Source: Bdellovibrionota bacterium
GTDB taxonomy: Bacteria; Bdellovibrionota_C; UBA2361; JBIKWN01
Direction: 5' to 3'
NCBI GenBank assembly: GCA_044356295.1
Contig: JBIKWN010000002.1
Span: 1-64,000 of the forward strand
DNA: 64,000 bases
Positions 57,016 to 64,000 of this stretch are shown here, in pieces (positions within the stretch are counted from its first letter, which is position 1; each line of letters starts with the position of its first letter). The notes beneath the pieces were generated by a model. The model worked only from the letters and a program-made list of their open reading frames with translations. It made no database searches and had not been told where the DNA came from. The translations under genes and the position numbers were made by a program.

Positions 57016-58938
57016 TTACATCTGTTTAACACCTATCAATTCATGCTTTGGACGATCAATAAATTGCTCTATAAAGGACTCTAAGTAAACAAGCGACCAT
57101 ATCAGTAGCCTCCTGTTAACGGCCCCTGTTAGATGCTCCTGCACCAAGCTTTCGACAGTAGCAAAATCAAGATACTGATAAATTTTAGCTTTTGGTGATA
57201 AGATTTTTCTTCGTACAAACTCAATGCTTTCACCTTTGAACCAACTTGCATCAGGCGCGCTAAATCCTTGCTTACGGCGCTCTGAAACTTCAGGAGGAAC
57301 GAATCGTTTCATAACATGACGAAGAATTAATTTGCCATCAGTAGATTCATTAAAGAACTTAGAAAGCTTTGCTTGATTTTCGTTTTCATTGAATCGAGTA
57401 ATTGTATCAATATTACTGAGCTTCAAATGAACTGGAATAGTCATAGCATAATCGACTAAGTCATTATCTAGAAATGGAACACGCGTTTCTAAGCCATGCG
57501 CCATACTTAATTTATCTTCTACGACAAGTAATCCATGCAAAAATGTTTTAGCTTCAAAACAGAGCGAGCGATTAATATAATCCTCCGCTGAGTTCATCGG
57601 CCCAGGAATCTGTGAAAGTACCGAACGAAAAATCTCTTTAGGATCACCTGTAGCACCACTCGAACGAAGAGGCTGAACAACTTTTGCATATGCTTCACCA
57701 GGCAACATTCTTTGCCAAAAACCAAAATAGTGATCAACATAATCATCAAAAGATTGATCGGCTGATGCTTTAAAATAACGCCATGGATATCCAGCAAATA
57801 GTTCATCACCTCCGGATCCAGATAAACAAACCTTGACAAACTTACTTGCTAATTTGGATGAGTAATAAATGGGATAGGATTGACCAACACGCGGCTCTTC
57901 GAGGTGCCATGTTAAAGCACCCATACACCGCTCCATATCTCCTGCTTTTAATACTATCTCATAGTGCTCACTTTTAAACAGATTTGAAAGCTGCTCTGCT
58001 ATTCGTCTTTCATCAAATGTCAGTTCGATTCCACTTGCAGAGGACAGATCGAAACCACAGGTAAATGTTTGAAGATAGGGCAAATTTCTTGAAGCAATAC
58101 CAGTAATAGATCCCGAATCAATTCCTCCACTCAAATAAGATCCGACGGTCACATCACTCACGAGTTGTTTACGTACAGCATTTTCAAAAAGCGATGCAAT
58201 CTTTTCTTCTGCTTGTTCTGGAGTATCCGAAAAAGATGAAGAATCAAATGAAAAATCCCAATATCGTTTTGCTTCTGTTAATACAGACGATTGTAACGAG
58301 ATACGTCGGTATGAACCCGCATCAAGCATCCGCACATTTTTGAAGAGTGTTTTATCTGTAAAAAAATTCTGGAATCCAAGATATTCGATGAGTCCTTCAG
58401 GATCTATTGCAACATCGAATGAAGGAAATGGGAAAAATGCTTTTACTTCCGATGCAAACAGAAACGCTTGATTTGGTATCTCAACCATATACAGTGGCTT
58501 AATACCATAGCGATCTCGTGCTAAAATAAGTTCTCGTGTTTTTTTGTCCCAAATTCCGAATGCAAACATGCCATCAAAGCGTTCAAGACAAGATATTCCC
58601 CACTTATCAAATGCGGCTAGAATTACTTCGGTATCAGACGTTGAGTGAAATGTATAACCATCTGACTGTAATAGATTTCGAATCTCAATGAAGTTATAGA
58701 TTTCACCGTTGAATGTAATGACCAGTCTGTTATCTGAAGACACCATTGGTTGATGACCATTACTGGTAAGATCAAGAATTGATAAGCGCCTATGACCAAA
58801 ACCAATAGGAGCATCGGAATCTACATAAATCCCCTCATCATTAGGGCCACGGTGACTAAGTTGACGAGTCATCGCCGTAAGAATTTCTGGGGCAACAGGT
58901 TGCCCATTCAAATTCAAAATTCCAATAATGCCGCACAT
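57016..58938 (-). CDS. asnB: Asparagine synthase-like glutamine amidotransferase (polysaccharide amidation)
   Basis: N-terminal MCGI, HRGP, HRRLSILD, NGEIYN, SDTEV, RDRYGIKPL, LSGGIDS, SG.GGDELFAGY, E.RVPFLD, KQGF. Confidence 0.92.
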   Translation of the reverse strand: MCGIIGILNLNGQPVAPEILTAMTRQLSHRGPNDEGIYVDSDAPIGFGHRRLSILDLTSNGHQPMVSSDNRLVITFNGEIYNFIEIRNLLQSDGYTFHSTSDTEVILAAFDKWGISCLERFDGMFAFGIWDKKTRELILARDRYGIKPLYMVEIPNQAFLFASEVKAFFPFPSFDVAIDPEGLIEYLGFQNFFTDKTLFKNVRMLDAGSYRRISLQSSVLTEAKRYWDFSFDSSSFSDTPEQAEEKIASLFENAVRKQLVSDVTVGSYLSGGIDSGSITGIASRNLPYLQTFTCGFDLSSASGIELTFDERRIAEQLSNLFKSEHYEIVLKAGDMERCMGALTWHLEEPRVGQSYPIYYSSKLASKFVKVCLSGSGGDELFAGYPWRYFKASADQSFDDYVDHYFGFWQRMLPGEAYAKVVQPLRSSGATGDPKEIFRSVLSQIPGPMNSAEDYINRSLCFEAKTFLHGLLVVEDKLSMAHGLETRVPFLDNDLVDYAMTIPVHLKLSNIDTITRFNENENQAKLSKFFNESTDGKLILRHVMKRFVPPEVSERRKQGFSAPDASWFKGESIEFVRRKILSPKAKIYQYLDFATVESLVQEHLTGAVNRRLLIWSLVYLESFIEQFIDRPKHELIGVKQM

Positions 58939-58989
58939 AAGATAGAGTATATTCTGATGAGTACTAACTCTAACTCGGTGCAGATCACA

Positions 58990-59739
58990 ATGCATCATTA
59001 TAAAAGAATGCTTTCATTGACGAAGGAGCGATTTAGCTTTGCCTTGATAAGTACGCTTAAAAGCCTTTCTACCCTTCCCACAACGACCTGTTTCTTGCGT
59101 CATGACGTTGATCTCTCACCAGAAAAAGCGCTAGAAATGGCTGAAATTGAGGCTTCTCAGGGTATTTATTCTACATACTATGTTTTACTAAGATCTCCTT
59201 TTTATAATGCCTTAACGAAAAAAAACATTGAGATATGGAAAACAATCCTGAACCTGGGTCATGAAATTGGCCTCCATTTTGATCCCAATGCCTATGATAT
59301 GCTCGATAAAAGAACAGATGCGTGGCTTGAGAAACTTAAACAAGAAGTTGAAATTTTTGAAAAAGAACTTTTTTGCTCTGTTCAATCATTTTCGTTCCAT
59401 AATCCTAACGCCGGCACATGGGACACCCTAAAAAGTAACGAGTATATTAATCTGATAAATGCTTCATGTTCTTTAATACAGCAGGCTTCCTTTTACAGCG
59501 ATTCTAGGGGCGAACTTAAGAAGGGTCCATATGAATCCTTCCTTCAGTCTATTCCAGAACAAGGTTCAATCTACGTTCTCATACATCCTGATTGGTGGTT
59601 CGATGTTGACTTGTCAATGGAAGACAAAATTATTCAAGCTGCAAATTTGCAAAGCGAAAATGCACTTCAGTACTGGGAGAAAATTGTATACGAAGACGGT
59701 GGAACAATTAATTTAAGACAAAGACATATCAAGCAATAA
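58990..59739 (+). CDS. WbmS-like polysaccharide deacetylase (NodB/CE4-like fold)
   Basis: LRHDVD, GHEIGLHFD, SFHNP, YSDSRG, LIHP.WW; start could also be ATG 58957. Confidence 0.78.
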   Translation: MHHYKRMLSLTKERFSFALISTLKSLSTLPTTTCFLRHDVDLSPEKALEMAEIEASQGIYSTYYVLLRSPFYNALTKKNIEIWKTILNLGHEIGLHFDPNAYDMLDKRTDAWLEKLKQEVEIFEKELFCSVQSFSFHNPNAGTWDTLKSNEYINLINASCSLIQQASFYSDSRGELKKGPYESFLQSIPEQGSIYVLIHPDWWFDVDLSMEDKIIQAANLQSENALQYWEKIVYEDGGTINLRQRHIKQ

Positions 59740-61306
59740 TTTGATCTATCACTTTTTCATTCGAGTCATGTGAGTTTCTTAGAATGCCTTGCAATCGTGC
59801 TTGATCCCATAGATAGCCTGAAAGAACACTCATCTGGCATCGCTCTAAAATTACATCGATAATGTTTAATACTTTATCAACTGAAATACTTCCAAATTGA
59901 TGTATTGTCTGTACTTGTTTTTTATTGCTCGTCAATGAATGAGCATAAGAATCTGAAAGCTGCTTTTCATCTAATGCAACCGCCAATACCCATCGAACGA
60001 CATCAAGTTCCGTTCGACGCATCGTCGGATATAACATTAATTGCCCACGTGCACTTTCAAAATCTCTATTTAAGAAAATGCATAAAAGGAGCATTGCCCA
60101 TTGAATTGGATCTGGTTGCTCAGATCCAAGATGAAATCTATTTACAACAAGTGGCGATATAATATTAATCGCTTCACTTGGTAATCCCTGTAAAAGTTTT
60201 ATAAAAGAATGCCTCAGCACCATTCCTGGTGCCCAAGGGACACTTGTTGTTAGTTCACTAGCCAGTCTTTCGGCAAGTTCCAACTCTCCCAGTGCTATCA
60301 GATCGTCAATTCTTCGAGCTGTTAAATCAAGCTTTGAAGCTTCAGAAGAATTCCGCAATTCGTTCCGTACTGATTTACCGTAATACCAATCAATAAGCTC
60401 TGTTCTATTACTTACTAGAAAACGTTTTTTTACTAAATCTTGTCCCTTTTTAGCCATTAATGACAATCTCTCAGGATTTAAAAGGGCGAACTTAATCATC
60501 GAATAGATTTCATCAACTTCCGGCATTAAGCAATTCTCAAGATGTTTAAATCCGAGTCTTTTCAGCGACAATAAAGGCGGCATGACTACTAATGAACCTT
60601 TAGCCGCAATCTGCAATGCCAAGTTTTCTGGTGGCATACCTATAGTATCTAGACATAAACCAATTAAGGTTGCTTTATTGGTAACTTGTAACTGATCTCT
60701 TGTAAAATTATTGATGCCCATCGCGCTCATATCTAAACAAGCAATTGTATCAATAAGTGTGTTTTTTGCGATTTTAGACCATGATGAAAGTGGCGATCCA
60801 TCACTTGAATCATTAAACATTGCTACTGGTATACGACGAGACGCTGGAGAATCAAAAATTTCACACTCATCTATAAATGGCGGTATTGTTACTAATGTAT
60901 CAATAAGCTCATTAAAATCATCAACATCAGCAGTGGGAGCGAGAGAAAATACTTTTGTAACACCATGTAAATTAAATAGTTCGTATGAAGCACCAAACGA
61001 TACAGATTGCGTTCCTTTTCTCGTTAGACCAGCGCGAGGTATTTCGGGGCAAAGATGACTATTACTTATATTAAATCGACATCGATGCATTTCCTCAGTA
61101 ACACCATCAAATAATAACATGTCTGGCTTATGTTCTGAGATAATAGAACTTAAATCACAATTTTCTGAGATAACAATAAGATGAAAAAAAGTCGACAGCC
61201 ACACTTCAACCTTTTCGACATACGATTCGAAGTGAGCAGGACTCATAAGCTCACGCAACCGTTGACTAGGGCTGAAAAAAATTAATGTAGGCTTGCCATT
61301 CATCAT
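59729..61306 (-). CDS. CgeB-like glycosyltransferase paralog (divergent)
   Basis: Clear similarity to 52932..54623: ISENCD, HKPD..LFDG, PEIPRAGL.R, GF...ENCL, DP..WA, R.ELD.VRW. Confidence 0.68.
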   Translation of the reverse strand: MMNGKPTLIFFSPSQRLRELMSPAHFESYVEKVEVWLSTFFHLIVISENCDLSSIISEHKPDMLLFDGVTEEMHRCRFNISNSHLCPEIPRAGLTRKGTQSVSFGASYELFNLHGVTKVFSLAPTADVDDFNELIDTLVTIPPFIDECEIFDSPASRRIPVAMFNDSSDGSPLSSWSKIAKNTLIDTIACLDMSAMGINNFTRDQLQVTNKATLIGLCLDTIGMPPENLALQIAAKGSLVVMPPLLSLKRLGFKHLENCLMPEVDEIYSMIKFALLNPERLSLMAKKGQDLVKKRFLVSNRTELIDWYYGKSVRNELRNSSEASKLDLTARRIDDLIALGELELAERLASELTTSVPWAPGMVLRHSFIKLLQGLPSEAINIISPLVVNRFHLGSEQPDPIQWAMLLLCIFLNRDFESARGQLMLYPTMRRTELDVVRWVLAVALDEKQLSDSYAHSLTSNKKQVQTIHQFGSISVDKVLNIIDVILERCQMSVLSGYLWDQARLQGILRNSHDSNEKVIDQIIA

Positions 61307-61311
61307 GTACG

Positions 61312-62259
61312 TTATAATCGAAGGCCATCAAAAAACTCATGATAGTCTCCTCGCAGTCCAACAGGGGTAGCATTTCGAATTGAAGAAACAAGCTCGATTG
61401 AAGGAGCCGCATCATTCAACCCAAAGCCAGTTCCATCAAGAATATGTTGATAAGAAATAGTATGAAGATCGGTAAAACCATCTGAAAATTCAAGTTCCTG
61501 ACCATTAACAGAAATAGAACGGTACGTTCGTTTACCCTGTGATAAAACTGCCTCAGGAATATCATTACTATTAATTGAAAGAAACCAACGAACACGTGCT
61601 TTTTCAAGTTCTATGTATCCCCCTGCTCTTCGAGGTTCCAATACATGCACAGTACTCTGTTGCACTTTACCAAAAGTATCCATTAGCATATCAAAGAAAT
61701 GAATACCTATGTTGGTAACAACTCCGCCTGATTTTGTTTGATCACCTTTCCATGAAATATCATACCAACGACCACGTGACGTAATGTATGTAAGATCAAT
61801 ATCTAGTTTTGTATTTGATGTATCAGCTTGCATCGTTTTTTTAAACGACTGAATCGCAGGATGATGACGAAGTTGTAGAATTGAGTGAATTTTTTTACCG
61901 GTTTCAATTTCAAGTTCACGAAGTAGATCAAGGTTTCTTGGATTTATAACAAGTGGTTTTTCACAGATAGCATCACTTCCATTTCGAAGTGCGGTACGAC
62001 AATGTGAATCATGTAAATAATTTGGAGAACAAATTGAAATATAATCTGCACCCTGACCTTTACGACGTAATTTATCAATATGTCGATCGAACCTTTCAAA
62101 CTCAACAAAAAATGCCGCCTCTGGAAAGAAGCTATCAATCACGCCAACACAATCATGTGGATCGACAGCAGCAACAAGTTCGCAACCATTATCTTTTATT
62201 GCTTTTAAATGTCTGGGTGCTATGAATCCTGCAGCGCCTGTTAAACCAAACCGCTTCAT
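61312..62259 (-). CDS. wbpB: WbpB/WlbA-type UDP-GlcNAcA 3-dehydrogenase (Gfo/Idh/MocA)
   Basis: GAAGFIAPRHL.AI, EFERFDRH, SICSPNYLHD.H, CEKP, SWKG...KSGG..TNIG.HFFD, EFS.GFTDLH; SD before ATG 62259. Confidence 0.9.
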   Translation of the reverse strand: MKRFGLTGAAGFIAPRHLKAIKDNGCELVAAVDPHDCVGVIDSFFPEAAFFVEFERFDRHIDKLRRKGQGADYISICSPNYLHDSHCRTALRNGSDAICEKPLVINPRNLDLLRELEIETGKKIHSILQLRHHPAIQSFKKTMQADTSNTKLDIDLTYITSRGRWYDISWKGDQTKSGGVVTNIGIHFFDMLMDTFGKVQQSTVHVLEPRRAGGYIELEKARVRWFLSINSNDIPEAVLSQGKRTYRSISVNGQELEFSDGFTDLHTISYQHILDGTGFGLNDAAPSIELVSSIRNATPVGLRGDYHEFFDGLRL

Positions 62260-62493
62260 GTGATACCTTTCCTTGGTAATTTCTAGTGCCATAGGGATTT
62301 AGATGCAAAAAAGTAAAACTGGATTTCGTTGCATTTATACTGCCATCAAATCAAAATATTTTACTTTGGCTGTGGATAGTTCCACGCAATGGCCCTAATA
62401 AACAAAATTATTACAGCTAGTTAGAGATATTTCTCTAACTAGAACTCAATCCTTGAAATTAATCATCTAAATATTGAGAACGGAGACAATGAA

Positions 62494-63660
62494 ATGGAAT
62501 TTATCGATCTTAAATCACAACTCAATCGAATCCGTACTAAAATTGATACTCGTATCAAAAACGTTCTTGACCGAGGTGCCTTTATACTTGGCAGTGAAGT
62601 GCAAGAATTAGAAACACAACTTGCACGATATACCGGAGCAAAACATGTCATAACCTGTGCAAACGGAACCGATGCCATACTTATCCCGCTAATGGCAAAA
62701 GGTATAGGTCAAGGTGACGCAGTATTTGTACCAGCGTTTACTTTTTTTGCGACCGCAGAAGTTGTCTCACTTGCTGGTGCTACTCCAGTTTTTGTAGATA
62801 TTGATCCTGTTACATTCAATATGTGCGCTGACTCACTCGAAGCACAAATTCAAGAAATATTAAAAAAATCTCCTGATCTAAAATTAAAAGCAGTCATTGC
62901 TGTTGATTTATTTGGTCTTGCTGCTGATTATAATAAAATTACGTCTGTTGCCGAGAAATATGGATTATTAGTAATTGAGGATGCAGCACAAGGATTTGGC
63001 GCACAGTATCATGGAAAAACTGCAGGAAATCTTGCAGCAATTGCATCTACCTCTTTTTTCCCAGCAAAACCGCTTGGATGTTTTGGTGATGGTGGAGCGA
63101 TGTTTTGTAATGATGATTCATTAGCAGAGAAATTAAAATCTATCAGAGTTCATGGGCAAGGCAAGCATAAATACGAAAACGTACAGATTGGATTAAATAG
63201 CAGACTTGATACCCTTCAAGCAGCAATCTTGTTAGAAAAACTTGAAATATTTGATGATGAACTTGAGAAACGAAATATAATTGCAGATCGATATACAAGT
63301 GCATTTACAGGAGTGATTCAAACGCCAGTAGTTTCAGAATATTTTTACTCTTCATGGGCACAATATACATTACGTACAACACGCCGTGATGAAATGATTA
63401 CAGCCCTTAAAGCTCATAATATTCCTACTATGGTATATTATCCTGTCCCACTCCACTTACAAAAAGCATATGAGTCACTTGGCTATGTAAACGGTTCACT
63501 CCCACATGCTGAACAAGCATCAAAAGAGGTAATCTCACTTCCAATGCATCCATATCTTTCTGAAGAAGATCAAGAACGTATTATTGATTCTGTACTTACA
63601 TTCCTTAATGATTCGGATGGTAAGAATTACAATTTAGGTACAGAAGTACACACAAAATAA
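62494..63660 (+). CDS. wbpE: WbpE/WlbC-type DegT/DnrJ/EryC1/StrS aminotransferase
   Basis: MEFIDLK.Q, CANGTDA, FTFFATAE, IEDAAQ.FGA, SFFPAKPLGC.GDGG, NSRLDT.QAA, SLPMHPYL. Confidence 0.88.
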   Translation: MEFIDLKSQLNRIRTKIDTRIKNVLDRGAFILGSEVQELETQLARYTGAKHVITCANGTDAILIPLMAKGIGQGDAVFVPAFTFFATAEVVSLAGATPVFVDIDPVTFNMCADSLEAQIQEILKKSPDLKLKAVIAVDLFGLAADYNKITSVAEKYGLLVIEDAAQGFGAQYHGKTAGNLAAIASTSFFPAKPLGCFGDGGAMFCNDDSLAEKLKSIRVHGQGKHKYENVQIGLNSRLDTLQAAILLEKLEIFDDELEKRNIIADRYTSAFTGVIQTPVVSEYFYSSWAQYTLRTTRRDEMITALKAHNIPTMVYYPVPLHLQKAYESLGYVNGSLPHAEQASKEVISLPMHPYLSEEDQERIIDSVLTFLNDSDGKNYNLGTEVHTK

Positions 63661-63716
63661 TTGATCATATTTCTACTCTCGCCTATGAGTGATACACTCA
63701 ACGATGAGCAAATACT

Positions 63717-64000
63717 ATGACTAAAAAAATTATTGTTCTTGGGGCTAATTCATTTTCGGGTCAAGATTTCGTTGACCTACTTCTTTCAAATACTGCCTTC
63801 ACCGAAATCATCGGAGTAAGTCGCTCAGCAGAGCGATCGGCACTGTTTCTGAAATATAAAACTCAACAATCACTTGATCGTTATCGTTATGTTCAAATAG
63901 ATATGAATACACACATGGGCGATCTGCTGACGTTGTGTGATCAAATCCAACCGGATTACATCGTTAACTTTGCCGCACAAAGTGAGGTAGCGCCAAGCTG
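63717..64000 (+). CDS. NAD-dependent sugar epimerase/dehydratase (runs off window end)
   Basis: Manual translation MTKKIIVLGANSFSGQDFV...GVSRS...PDYIVNFAAQSEVAPS, open to the end of the window. Confidence 0.85.
   Translation, partial: MTKKIIVLGANSFSGQDFVDLLLSNTAFTEIIGVSRSAERSALFLKYKTQQSLDRYRYVQIDMNTHMGDLLTLCDQIQPDYIVNFAAQSEVAPS

Overview
AT-rich chromosome segment of a Gram-negative bacterium. Gene content (TamB-Omp85 fusion, bactofilin, solitary fliG, tandem-Lrp regulator) is compatible with a deltaproteobacterial/Bdellovibrionota-like lineage, but this cannot be fixed from the window. 1-31.9 kb and 46.9-52.2 kb are mostly housekeeping/envelope genes (xseAB, pdhC, lipA, TamB-Omp85 fusion, PBP, cysS, aas, fliG, DEAD-box helicase, heptose enzyme fusion, galU, rnhB, pdxH, cmoA, trmJ). 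52.2-64 kb is a surface-polysaccharide cluster (WbpB/WbpE/WbpD diamino-uronate pathway, amidotransferase, two paralogous CgeB-like glycosyltransferases). The most notable region is a ~15 kb block (31.9-46.9 kb) with a complete nicotinamide-to-NAD+ salvage route (PncA, PncB, NadD, glutamine-dependent NadE) in which NadD is fused behind Nudix domain(s). The block also holds a 929-aa tandem pseudo-Nudix + HDxxH protein, an atypical GapN-like dehydrogenase, an NAD-type isocitrate dehydrogenase, a WbsX/GH99-like glycoside hydrolase, a TIM-barrel metalloprotein, a tandem Lrp regulator, a perfect 22-bp inverted repeat and an unannotated 59-aa membrane/secreted peptide. I interpret it (inference) as a candidate NAD+/ADP-ribose recovery system. 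Also seen: a luxR-type mRNA whose 5' and 3' ends can base-pair, and many apparently leaderless promoters on core genes. No rRNA, tRNA, CRISPR array, integrase or transposase was recognised. All calls come from reading motifs by eye; no database search was run.
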